64,000 nucleotides of DNA from an uncultured delta proteobacterium (GCA_963847445.1 CAWJZV010000030.1:416001-480000), one strand, 5' to 3'; shown: positions 1 to 10,334, numbered from the stretch's first letter. Notes: generated from the sequence alone by a model not told the origin. Numbers and translations are program-made.

Positions 1-963
1 GTTCATCTCGTCGAGATAGCGGTTATCGACCATTTCTTGCGGCTTGATATTCTTGGCCCGGGCATCGGTCGCCGTCACTTCATCCAAGATCGCCTGCAGA
101 GATTCCAGCTTTATCGTCAAGTCTTGGCTCCAACGCTTTGATTTCGGCATTGTAGGCCGAGTCCAGGACGCTACGATCCGACAAGCGCAGATACTTGCCC
201 AAGACTTTGTAGAAAAACTCGCGATCCGTATGCACGATCTTCGAGGCCTCCGCCATGGCGCGCATGAAATTGCCAACCATCGCCGGACGTTTGGCGATCA
301 CCGAACGCTTGGTGACAAACGCAGTCGCGGTATAAGGGATTTTCAAATCGGGTCCGTAGACCACGTAGTGATAACCTTTCGCGATGGCTTGAGCGTCAGT
401 CGGGGGCGTCAGGTTGGCCACTTCGAGGGAGCCGCTCAGCAGGGCCGCGAGCGCTTCGGGATCGCCGCCGGTCTGCAGAAAGCTGTAGTCGCGATTAGGT
501 TCCATGTTATACCGGCGCAAGGCTTGGACAGTAAAGTAATGTGAGTTGCCGCCGATGCGGCTGACACCGATCCGTTTGCCTTTGAGATCCTCGGGCTTTT
601 TGATATTGCCGCCGGCGACCAGGGTCTGCGTCATGACGTTTTTGACACCGCCGATGAAAACCACATCGGTGGAACCTTTGACATAGGCCGCGACATTGCC
701 GATGCCGCCGGTGACCGTCATCTCGGTATCGCCGCCAAGCAGCGCCGCGGTGACGATGGCCGACGAGGAAATAAACACCAGATTGAAATCTATATTGTAC
801 TTCTTGAACAGCCCCGCTTCCTGGGCCACCCAGGGAAAAGATTGCGACATGACCCGCGCCGAGTGAACGCCGACAAGCTTGTCCGGCGCCGCCGCGCCTT
901 GGCGATGGTAAAGTATAGGCTGACGATCAGACCGATCAGGCCGGCAGTAATCCGTTGTCCCAT
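1..963 (-). CDS. ABC transporter substrate-binding protein, NMT1/THI5/SsuA-like (3' end runs off the window; frameshifted)
   Basis: The signal peptide MGQRITAGLIGLIVSLYFTIA (ORF 790..975) joins ORF 80..850 (WVAQEAGLFKKY, DLKGKRIGVSRIGG) across a frameshift. A second shift lies near 120. Confidence 0.85.
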
Positions 964-978
964 GAGGTACTCCACATT

Positions 979-1954
979 CTAGCGTTGACCGTAAAGTTCC
1001 TTAATAAATCCTGTATCTTCTAACTCTTTAATGAAGCGGTTGTCAAAGAACTCTTTCGGGTCCGCGCGCCGCCGCCTTGGGATGATCGGCGACGCTGAGG
1101 ATCGAGCGCACCTGCTCCTCGGTGGTATAGGGAACTTTCGGATAGATGCCGCGGTAGGCCTGGTAAGCTTCGTCTAGGATCGCGCCATCGCTGGTCGCCA
1201 GATACTTGGCCAGCGCCCGTTTGCTGGTGTCGCTATCTTCGTTGACGACTTTGATCGCCGCGACATAGCCTCTGAGAAACGCTTTCATGCGCTCCGGTTG
1301 CTGGCGCAGGAAAGCCCGGTGGGCAACGATGCCGAGTTGAATGTACGGGATTTTCAGATCGATAAAATTGACCAGTTCCTTGTAACCCATGCGCCGCGCC
1401 ATCAATGTCGTCGGCGCCGATATCGTCGTTGCCGAGACGATGCCGCGATCCAGGGCGGCCAAGCCCTCGCGCACACCGCCAAGATAGAGCACTTTGACAT
1501 CTTGGCCCGAGCGCAAATTGTATTGGCGCAGGAGCGCCGTCAGGCCATGGTCCGTCGACGCGCCCTTGGTCATCAAGCCGACGACCTTGCCTTTGAGCGA
1601 AGGGACATCTTTCACATCGTTGCGAACGTATAGCGAGAAACCGTAAGTCGGCACGCTGGCGGCGACATAGGTTAGTTCGGCGCCGCTCAACACCGCGTTG
1701 ACCACCGCGCCGCCGGTGGCGGCCAACTCGATGTCCCCGGACACCAACGTCTGCGTCAGCCGCGCGCCGCCGGAGATGTAAATGTTCTGCAGGTCGACGC
1801 CATATTTCTGGTCGAGCTTCGCTTCCGCCATCACCCAAATCGGCAACATCGCCCCGGAGGGTTGCGGATAGCCGATGCGAATATTGTTAGCCGACGCGGC
1901 GAAACTCTCCCGCGCCGATGTTTGCATGAGCAGCAGCGCAAAACTCACGATCAT
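979..1954 (-). CDS. ABC transporter substrate-binding protein, NMT1/THI5/SsuA-like
   Basis: ORF 1043..2002 (IRIGYPQPSGAMLPIWV, LKGKVVG). The true C-terminus DPKEFFDNRFIKELEDTGFIKELYGQR* lies in another frame and ends at 979. Confidence 0.85.
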
Positions 1955-1975
1955 GCCTGCAACCGAAAAGCAGAA

Positions 1976-2370
1976 TAGCCGCAAAGAACGCAAAGGGCGC
2001 AAAAAAAGAATCGCGAGTCGTAGGGGCGGGTTTGAAACCCGCCCTCTTGGCTTTCCCGCATCGAGTAAATTCGCAATTCGCGCAAATTATCTCGGATAGT
2101 AGTACGCAGTGTACGAAGTTCGGAATGATGATTATCCGAAACCTTCATGGCCTTCGTGATCTTCTTTGAAAATACATGTAAGGCGATGGTCTCCCACAAT
2201 GAAGAGGTCCCCTGGTTCCGTCATACCCGCGCAAGCGGGTATCCAGGCTAATTGGGCGCAGACCAAACCTGGATTCCCGCGTGCGCGGGAATGACGAGTC
2301 GAGGAGGGAATTCCCTCGATTTTCATTTTCCGGGGCGTGCGTGAGACATGATTAACTTTCGTGGTGAGAT
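1976..2370. repeat. Cluster of nested REP-like palindromes (composite element copy A)
   Basis: Contains CGCAAAG tandem units, GTAGGGGCGGGTTTGAAACCCGCCC, and the inverted pair GTCATACCCGCGCAAGCGGGTATCCAGG / CCTGGATTCCCGCGTGCGCGGGAATGAC (2220-2295), bracketed by TGAAAAT...ATTTTCAT...CATGATTAACTTTCGTGGTGA. Confidence 0.8.
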
Positions 2371-2398
2371 CCGATGTCCTACCACCCGATAAAGCCAA

Positions 2399-3383
2399 TT
2401 AGCGCCGGCCATAAAGCTCCTGAACAAAACCGCTGTCTTCGATTTCTTTTAACAACCGCGTGTCGAAAAAGTCTTTCGGGTTGGCCCCCGCCGCTTTGGG
2501 ATGTTCGGACAGCACCAGGCTCGATTTGATCTGATCTTCGGTGACATAGGGAACCCGTGGAAAAATACCCCGGAAGGTTTGATAGGCTTCGTCCAGGATG
2601 GCGCTGTCGCTGGTAACTAGATAGCGGCTGCAGCGCGCGCTTACTGGTCTCGGCATCTTCATTGGCGATTTTGATGGCGGCGATGTAGGCGCGCAGATAA
2701 GCCTTGATCCGTTCCGGCTGCTGGCGCGAGAACGCACGCCGCGTCGCCACGCCGCTGTGCATGTAGGGCAAACCGAGGGTAGCGATATTCACCAGCTCCT
2801 TTTGCCCCAGGCGCCGCGCCGCCAGAGTCGTCGGCGACGACAACACCCCCGCGGCCGCGATGCCGTGCTCGATGGCGGCGAGCACTTCACGCACGCCGCC
2901 GAGATAGATGAACTTCACGTCCTTGCCGGGTTGCAGATTGTGCCGTTGGAGCAAGGCGATCACCGCGTGCTCGGACGACGCGCCCTTGCTCATGATGCCG
3001 ACCACTTTGCCTTGCAGGCTGGCGATATCCTTGACCTCGGGCGCGAGCGTAAAAGGAAAAACCATAGGTCGGCACACCCACGGCGATCGCCACCAGATCG
3101 CCGCCGCCCAAGACGGTATTGACCACCGCGCCGCCGATGCTGGCGAGATCGATATCGCCGGCGACCATCGCCTGATTCATGCGCGCGGCGCCGGAGATAA
3201 AAATATTCTGCACCGGCACGCCGTATTTTTGATCGAGCTTGGCTTCGCTGACGAGCCAGAGCGGCAGCATCGCCCCGCTCGGTTGCGGATAGCCGACGCG
3301 CATCGTCGCGCTGGCGGCAAATAATTGCGTTGCCAATAGCAGCAGTAAAATTGGCAGCGTAATAACCAACTCCAGTTCACCAT
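2399..3383 (-). CDS. ABC transporter substrate-binding protein, NMT1/THI5/SsuA-like (frameshifted; close paralog of 979..1954)
   Basis: ORF pieces 2887..3408, 2379..3077 and 2399..2737 reassemble to MRVGYPQPSGAMLPLWLV...FFDTRLLKEIEDSGFVQELYGRR. Confidence 0.85.
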
Positions 3384-3480
3384 AGTCACCGCCTGCCGAC
3401 CATGCCAAGAGTCATTGAAAACCTTCGAATTGTATGCCGTAAAATCCGGATCGCTCGATTCGGGGATGATTTATCTTTGT

Positions 3481-3545
3481 CGTCATTCCCGCAAACGGGA
3501 ATCCAGGCTATTGTACACGGAACCGGATCCCGCGTGCGGATGACG
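3481..3545. repeat. REP-like inverted palindrome pair
   Basis: GTCATTCCCGCAAACGGGAATCCAGG ... GGATCCCGCGTGCGGATGAC, the same family as 2220-2295. Confidence 0.7.
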
Positions 3546-3569
3546 GAATCATCGTCTCCCTCGAAACCA

Positions 3570-4600
3570 TCACGACCAAAACCGTTCCCGCCAGCGCGGA
3601 ATCGCCAACGGATTGACCACGGTGTCGGGCACCTTGCCGTCGAGCAACGCGAGGATGCTCTGCGACCGCCAGCTTCTGTCCGGCCGTCTGGGAGCCGGGA
3701 TTGGTGCCGATGGTGTGCGGCGTGAGGATGAGCTTCTCCGGGTCGACCTGGCGCAGCGGATTGCTCATCGGCGTCGGTTCTTCGGCAAAGACATCGAGCG
3801 CCGCCCCGGCGATCACCTGATCATTCAAAGCTTCGAATCAAGTCGGCTTCCTTGATCGCCGGGCCGCGCGAGGTGTTGATGAGAAAGGCGCTGGGCTTCA
3901 TCAACTTCAACTGCGCCAGACCGAGCATGCCGCGGGTCTCGCGGGTCAAGACCACATGGAGGGTCACGACATCGGCCTGCGCGCAGCAACTCCTCGAGAG
4001 CAACCATCTTCACGCCCAGGTCCGCCACCTTCTCCTGCTTGACGTAGGGATCGTAGGCCAAGATCTTCATGCCCCAGCCAGCCAAGCGCTTGGCGACGTT
4101 TTGACCGACGCGGCCAACACCGATGATGCCCACCGTCTTGCCCAACATGAGCACACCGTGGTTGCGTGCTTCCTTCCAACCCTGGGTGCGCATGTGGGCT
4201 TCATTGCGCTTCAAGCGCTTGAACAACGCGACCATGAGTCCGACGGTCGCCTCGGCCACACCCAGGTAATTCTCCGGCGTCGGGCTGTTGCAGCAGATGA
4301 TGCCCAAATCGGTGGCGGCATCGACATCGACGGTTTCGATGCCGATGCTCGACTTCACCACGGCTTGCAAATCCGGACACGAGTCCAAAATATCCGCGCC
4401 GATGAAATCGCGTCCGGCCGGAAAGACAATCGGCGCGTCGCCGATCAGCTTGACCAGATCCTTGCGCTCGTAGCGAAATTCGCGAAAATCGTCCAGCGGC
4501 TTACCGAGCACCAGCTCGCAGCCCGCTTGGCGCAAGGCGTCGGCGACCACCGTCAGACCCAGTGGGACCGGTCATGCAAACTTTACGCTTTAGCGCCCAT
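3570..4600 (-). CDS. D-isomer-specific 2-hydroxyacid dehydrogenase (SerA-like, NAD-binding; frameshifted)
   Basis: Motifs GIIGVGRVG, YDPY, INTSRG, AALDVFAEEP and LILTPH are spread over ORFs 3825..4550, 3821..4003 and 3508..3828. Confidence 0.85.
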
Positions 4601-4608
4601 AGTCATCC

Positions 4609-5628
4609 TTAACTCAGGTTATAGAGTTTCTTGGCGCTCTCGGCGAACAGCCACTTCTTGGCTTCGTCGTTCAAGTCTTTGCGCCTGTTTAGATGCTGAA
4701 TATTCTCCGGGAACTCGGTATCCCAGTGCGGGAAATCGGAGGCGTAATAAATATTGCGATGGGACAGGATTTCGGCGGTCGCGCCGATCAACGGCTCGTA
4801 GTCCTCGGCGTGAAAATAGATCCGGCCATCTTTCAGATAATCAATCGGCTTGCGCTTGCACATCGGCGCCTCGACTTCGCCGCGAATCTCCCACTCCTCG
4901 CTCATGCGGCCGAACCAGTAGGGCGCCCAGCTGCAGCCCGCCTCCATGAACGCCACGCGCAGCTTGGGAAAGCGGTCGAAGACGCCGCGAAACATCAGGC
5001 TGGTGCAATGCATCATCTGGGCGAACGCATGCGACAGCGTGTGCACCTCGATGAACTGGTCGAACATATCGCCGGCAAAGTAGTGCGGCCCGCGCACGGT
5101 GGCATGGACGCCGACCATGCAGTCGAGCTTTTCCGCCTCTTCGTAGATAGGCCAAAAGCTTTCATGACCGAGCGGCTGGCGCAGGCCGACGGCCGGCAGC
5201 ATCAAGCCGACCAGTTTTAGTTCCTGCACCGCCCGGCGCAGCTCTTTGACCGCTTCGGGGACATCTTGAAACGACACCAAGGCGACGCACTTCAAGCGCG
5301 GGCTGACTTTCTGAAACTCTTCGGAACAGAAATTGTTCCACGCCTGAGCATACTGCACCGCGACATCCGGTTCGCGAATCCAGCCGACGCTCAGACCGTT
5401 GGTCGGATAGAGCACCGCGGTGGAAACGTTGCCACGATCCATCGCGTCGAGCCAACTCTTGGCATCGCCGGCCCGGCTGCCGAGCTTGCCGCTGAGCGAG
5501 CGGTCCCAACTATCGCCCGGCGTTAGCGACGAAACCCGTTTGACATACTTCTCCGGCATGTATTTTTTCAGTTGCGCGTCGCTCTCGGTAATGTGGCCGT
5601 CGGCATCGATGACTTCAAGATTTGCCAT
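4609..5628 (-). CDS. Amidohydrolase family 2 protein (ACMSD/LigI-like metal-dependent hydrolase or decarboxylase)
   Basis: IDADGH N-terminal metal motif, FPKLRVAFMEAG, YASDFPHWD. Confidence 0.9.
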   Translation of the reverse strand: MANLEVIDADGHITESDAQLKKYMPEKYVKRVSSLTPGDSWDRSLSGKLGSRAGDAKSWLDAMDRGNVSTAVLYPTNGLSVGWIREPDVAVQYAQAWNNFCSEEFQKVSPRLKCVALVSFQDVPEAVKELRRAVQELKLVGLMLPAVGLRQPLGHESFWPIYEEAEKLDCMVGVHATVRGPHYFAGDMFDQFIEVHTLSHAFAQMMHCTSLMFRGVFDRFPKLRVAFMEAGCSWAPYWFGRMSEEWEIRGEVEAPMCKRKPIDYLKDGRIYFHAEDYEPLIGATAEILSHRNIYYASDFPHWDTEFPENIQHLNRRKDLNDEAKKWLFAESAKKLYNLS

Positions 5629-5760
5629 AATTCAGTTCCTCCCTTGCCCTAGATAATCCCTCGTACGCCTGACCGACGCACCCTGTCAAGGGAAACCCTG
5701 AGGTCTCACAGACTAAGAATTTTCTTGAGTTAAATGGCTTCAAAGATGTACCAAGAGATC

Positions 5761-6000
5761 GTGAAGTCATCGCACCGCCATGCGCTTCGTCTGGTCGTGA
5801 CGATCGCTACGCTGCTAGGGGTTGGCAGCTCAACAAATCTCGCCGCTGTCGATACCATTAACGTCTCTCATCCGAGCCTGGCGCGGACCTCTAGGCGACG
5901 ATCAACTTGCCGGCAGCATCAACCCCAAAAGACTGCGCCTCCTATCCCGGATGATTCGATTTCAGCCTGTTACCGCAGATTCTCAAGGAAGGCGCGCTAA
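5761..6000 (+). pseudogene. Internally deleted remnant of a substrate-binding protein gene
   Basis: A signal peptide plus AAVDTINVSHPS is followed within about 80 bp by an SBP-like C-terminal FDFSLLPQILKEG in another frame. Confidence 0.4.
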
Positions 6001-6060
6001 TTATATTGACAAGCTTTTGTTGGGCAAGTCGTCTAAACTGTTGACCGTAGCGAGGGATAT

Positions 6061-6345
6061 ATGCAAAAAGCCGGTTATTTGATGCTGCTACTCACCTGGA
6101 CGATCTGGACCCGCACCATATCGCCGACCTCAGACAGCTGGTCCGCCGCCCCCGGCTTGGGGTCTCGCGACAAGTGCCTGGCCAGTGTCAAAGACAAACT
6201 CGACATGTGGAAGCAGTTCAAAGACGCCAAATTCGACAAGAACACCGTCATCTTCACCAGCAACAATTCCTCCATGACCTACCTCTGTCTCCCCGACGGC
6301 GACGACCCGCGCAAGCCGGCGAAAGCGCCCAAGCCGGCGAATTAG
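6061..6345 (+). CDS. Small hypothetical protein, probably exported, with two Cys (C...CLPDGDDPR)
   Basis: 94 aa ORF with strong GC3 codon bias, hydrophobic N-terminus and upstream GAGGGA RBS. Confidence 0.7.
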   Translation: MQKAGYLMLLLTWTIWTRTISPTSDSWSAAPGLGSRDKCLASVKDKLDMWKQFKDAKFDKNTVIFTSNNSSMTYLCLPDGDDPRKPAKAPKPAN

Positions 6346-6456
6346 TTTCCAGTTGTCAGTCCGGCAACGAATTGCGCCATCCGAGTAAGGGTTTGGGACT
6401 TGGGTTATTAACCGCAGGTAGCCAAGCACGGCAGAGCGGCAATCGAAATTCAGAGT

Positions 6457-6592
6457 ATCTCGCGCAAAGCCCGCAAAGGGCGCAAAGAAACAACGTTGTC
6501 ATTTCGAACGGAGAGAGAAATCCTTCTGAGATCCCTCCCATTCGCTCGGGATGACAGGCTTCTAACCTGTCACTTGACACCTTGGCGCGAGG
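6457..6592. repeat. Nested REP-like element
   Basis: Outer CTCGCGCAAAG...CTTGGCGCGAG arms with CGCAAAG units enclose GTCATTTCGAACGGAGAGAGAAATC / GATCCCTCCCATTCGCTCGGGATGAC. Lies between convergent genes. Confidence 0.65.
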
Positions 6593-6634
6593 AATATCCG
6601 AATCCAAACCTTCAGGCGAACAGTCAAGCTGCTG

Positions 6635-7679
6635 CTACGGATTCAGAGCAAGCAGTTTGCGTTGCGCTTCGTCCATGGCCGTCGGCCAGGCATCGCGCTC
6701 CTTGTAGAACTGCACAACGGCCGGATGGTACGGCATCGTCACGTCGCCATCCACCGCCCGCGGCCGCGTCCAATCTTTGAAGCTGGGATGGAGCGGCGGA
6801 AGCTTATCGACGTTGTCCCAAATATTTTTGACAACCGCGGCGACGACTCGATCGGCCACGCCTTTGTGAGTCGTGAGGTAAATATCGTAGGCATTCACGC
6901 AAGTGTCGTCGGCGATACCGGCGGTCTGGCCGCGTTTGAGCCAATGGGGATAGTAGCCGGGCACTGCGGCGCGCAGACGTTTCTCACCCTGCGCCGAACA
7001 GTCGAGCGAGAGATGGCGCACGCCGATCGCCGCGTCGGCTTCTTTGACTTTGGCTGAATCGACCGCGTGCAGGGCAACGTCGGCGCGTCCCTGCATGAGC
7101 GCGTCCACGCCTTCGTTGGCGCCCGGCACCGGAACGATCTTCACGTCTTCAAACTTCATTCCAGCGCCGGCGAGAAAGCCGAAGACGTTGTACCAATTGG
7201 CCAGCTGCGCCGGGTATTCACCGGTCACTCTTTTGCCGCGAATATCCTGCACGGTTTTCATCGTCGAGTCTTTGCGCACGAGAAACGCCGTCATCAGAAT
7301 CGCGCCGCGCATCACCAGGCGGACATTGGGCGTGTGTTGAAACGGATTGCGCCCGCCGATCTTCAAGCGCTCCGGCCCCTGGTAGGACAGCGCCATGTCG
7401 ACCGCGTTGTTGATGCCGAAATCGATCTCGCCGCTGTCGAGCAGCGGCAAAAATGTGCTGGTGCCGGAGTACGGCTGAACCACCATCTGAAACGGCGCTC
7501 CCTCGCTGGCAACCTTGGAAAGGCCGCTGGCCAGAGCGTAGAAAACCGTCCCCGGAGGATTGGATCCCACCGTCACCGAGCGCGGTAACGGTTGCGCATC
7601 GGCGGCGGCAGCAAAACCCAAGCGCGAGAAGAAATAAAAAGGAAAGGAAGCGCGAAGACCGAGATAAAGTCGAACGCAT
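6635..7679 (-). CDS. TAXI-family TRAP transporter solute-binding subunit
   Basis: VTVGSNPPGTVFYALA, DIRGKRV and MPYHPAVVQFYKE. The signal peptide MRSTLSRSSRFLSFLFLLALG is in a shifted frame. Confidence 0.85.
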
Positions 7680-7916
7680 AGAGTTTCCTCCTTCGATGGC
7701 CGACTTGTATAGAGAACGCCGACTCGCTGTCAAGGCGAAAATATTGGGGCGAGGCAAATCATAGGGAATCGTGTCAATGCGAAGTGTCAGACATCCACGT
7801 CACAACAATTAAAAATGATCGTCTAGACGTAAAAGCCGAACCTGATCACAAATCCCATTCTTATTTGAAGGAGTGTGGTCGGAGAATTGTCGATCGTCGC
7901 GCATTGCAGTGATTTC

Positions 7917-8519
7917 TCACCGAGGAAAAGTATCCACCAGTTCGCGCAGCCGATCCTTAGCAGACTGAAGAATCGGCTCACCGTCGCCAACCAATAGAAT
8001 ATCGAAGTCGAGCGCCAGTAGCTGTCGCGCGCTATCGCGTAGGCGCGGCGGATCGTCGACAACCTTGTCCGGTAAGAGCTTGCACTTCCCAGGCGGATCG
8101 CCGACGACCGCATCGCCGACCAGCAAGATTTTTCTTTCCGGCCAGTGAAGGACGACTTCACCCAGCGATTTTCCCGGCGAGTCGATCACCACGAACGGGC
8201 CGACCTTGTCGCTTGGGTTCAATTCGTCGTCCAGCACAGCTCCCTCGCTGCGCGCGTGCGGCGCGTCCGCCGGATGGATCGCCGTCCGCGCGCCGGTGCG
8301 CGCACGAATCTTGTTCGCCGCCCGCGAGTGGTTGCGATTGGTGATGAGTATGCGCGCGACACCCTGCCGCGCCAGCTCCGCCAGATCTTCTTCACTCGGC
8401 TCCACCGGATCGACACAAAGATTCCCATCAGCGTGCCGAATGAAGTGACCGTTAAAATTGTAACCGTGCGGCTCCGAAAACCACGGCCAAGTGAAAATAT
8501 CCGTCAGGATCTCGCGCAT
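7917..8519 (-). CDS. Metallo-beta-lactamase-fold protein (degenerate metal motif)
   Basis: CVDP, ILITNRNHSR, PGKSLGE, LVGDAVVG, DFDILLVGDG. AAGGAG RBS upstream. Confidence 0.75.
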   Translation of the reverse strand: MREILTDIFTWPWFSEPHGYNFNGHFIRHADGNLCVDPVEPSEEDLAELARQGVARILITNRNHSRAANKIRARTGARTAIHPADAPHARSEGAVLDDELNPSDKVGPFVVIDSPGKSLGEVVLHWPERKILLVGDAVVGDPPGKCKLLPDKVVDDPPRLRDSARQLLALDFDILLVGDGEPILQSAKDRLRELVDTFPR

Positions 8520-8748
8520 GATTTCTCCTTACAGATAAATTACAATTCCTCGACCTATTTTATGGCTTATACCTTAGGCCACAGCGTCATACTAGTGTCG
8601 AGCTGACGATCTTTGTTGTCTGATCAAAGTCTAACCCTGATCATTGTTGCGTTCGTGAGGATTGTTTGGATGCCGCGTCTGATAGAGCTTGTAGTCAAAC
8701 AATTTCGGGAGAATTTTCAGAATCGAAAGTCCTGACCCGGAAGGCTGC

Positions 8749-8821
8749 GGGATCGAATCAAAGCCATTCCCGACTACCCATCGCTCAGATGAGTAATGGA
8801 ACCGTGGCTGATTTGTTACCC
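8749..8821. other. Long imperfect hairpin in an AT-richer intergenic region
   Basis: Nested complementary blocks GGG/CCC, CGAATC/GATTTG, AGCCA/TGGCT, TTCC/GGAA and TACCCATC/GATGAGTA. Confidence 0.4.
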
Positions 8822-9159
8822 TGGATTCACGGCGCGAAAACTGTCGTTACTGCAACTTGGGCAATAGTTTGGCATTGAGGTGAGACATAGAAAGCTTGCG
8901 AGTTTGATTCATTGGCCCCGGTCACACCGCTGGTTAATTTATCTTTCCTCAATCCGCGTGACTCACTTCGTAACGGCGTGTCGTCAAATGGTTTAAACTG
9001 AACCTGCGGATCGACCGACCGCTTGATGCTGCGTTTAAAGTCAAACGGCAGGTGGCGAATGATCTTTGCGAAGTGTGGCAAGTCAGCCGCGGCCGGTTTC
9101 TAGTAGTCCAAGGCTCAGCCCGGAGAACAAATCCGCCCTGCCGTCGGCGGGGCGTGGCA

Positions 9160-9904
9160 TTACCTTGCGGTCGCCCTCACGGTAACGATGTCTGCCGTCG
9201 GCGCCGCCGCGCGATCGTTGTCGAACGACAAATCAAACGTCACGACGGTTTCACCCGCGACAAACGTTAGTTCCCCCAAGAAATGGCTCAACATGGCAAA
9301 GCTGCCCACTCGAACCAACCCTTCCGGCTGATCATAGCCTCCACCCTCCATTGGTCGCGCCAGGAGCTGGTTCGGCCGCCCATCGTAGAAGCCAGAGACA
9401 GTGCGCTTTTCTCCCCACACGCTCGTCCGCGAACCATTATTGCCTGGCTCCGGCGCCAGATGCAGCGCCGTATGGTAGATGGCTACCAGCGCCGGTTCAT
9501 GGAGCAGCGCCGGCAACATCTCCCCGCTCGATAAATGTTTATATTTGCTTTCGTATATATCTGCCGGGACCGCCAGGTCGGCATAATCGACATCCAGCGG
9601 GAAGAGATACTTGGCAACCCCCGATTCCAATAGCTCTCTTAACTGGCGAGTGGTCTCGGTGATGAACCGGCAAGGCGCCGCAAACCGTCTGCCCTGGGAC
9701 GACGCGGCGAATTCCAGTTCGGCCGTGCAAACAGGCTTCGGGCTCCAAGGGATTGTGCAGACGCGCGCCGAACTGTTGCTGATAGCGATAGGCATCGGCG
9801 ATCTCCTTGGCCGTGAAGAACCACGGATCATCTTTAGCAAAGGATTGTCCGAATGAACCCGCGAGGACAATGGCTACGCTTGCCAGTGATTTGAAGTTGA
9901 ACAT
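9160..9904 (-). CDS. Hypothetical exported protein (one frameshift near 9710)
   Basis: Signal peptide MFNFKSLASVAIVLAGSFGQSFA with GGAGGTG RBS (ORF 9539..10000), continuing in ORF 9160..9870. Confidence 0.7.
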
Positions 9905-10023
9905 AAACACCTCCACCGATCGGTTTGCTCCAGCTCGGTCCCTCCAGCCGCTGTTGAAGGGGCTAAAAACCATGAGCGGAAGTCCGTTAAGGACCGTCAA
10001 GTAATCTATACTTCGTTGGTTAG

Positions 10024-10039
10024 CGCAAAGACTGTGCCT
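10024..10039 (-). promoter_or_regulatory. Sigma-54 (-24/-12) promoter
   Basis: The minus strand reads AGGCACAGTCTTTGCG (GG-N10-GC), about 120 bp upstream of the 9904 start. Confidence 0.65.
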
Positions 10040-10143
10040 GGCCAGAAAATCCGTGGGTAAAAATCCAAGTAGCGGTCAGCAAAAGCTTTTATCGCAATTT
10101 GCAATTCCGCCCGCTGCTCGGAACAACTGCCAGCGCAACTTTC

Positions 10144-10160
10144 GGATACAAAGTGTATCC
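10144..10160. promoter_or_regulatory. Perfect palindrome, candidate enhancer-binding-protein site
   Basis: GGATACA-AAG-TGTATCC, about 105 bp upstream of the -24 box. Confidence 0.5.
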
Positions 10161-10334
10161 AAAAGTTGCGCTTCTATCTGGCAATGCGGCAGTTAAATCT
10201 TCGTTACATGCAGTCGATAGCAGGATTCGGGGGGTAGGCATGGCAACGTTGCAAAGTCGATTCAGCTGACCTTGCGAACTGCCTCGCTTGCAGATGCATC
10301 AGAATCGCAATCCGGGTTTCCCTTTGAGCTCTTG

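Noticed and set aside
1976-2370. CRISPR array suggested by palindromic repeats
   Set aside because: There are no identical direct repeats with regular unique spacers and no cas genes in the window.
2132-2398. Peptide encoded by the composite elements (V.H...MKI...DHR.TCIF open in copies A and B)
   Set aside because: The internal REP is read in different frames in the two copies and there is no RBS. Open frames are expected in GC-rich palindromes, and the similarity is explained at DNA level.
8729-8750. SRP RNA-like CCGGAAGG motif
   Set aside because: It lacks the TCAGG...GGAAG.AGCAG helix-8 context.
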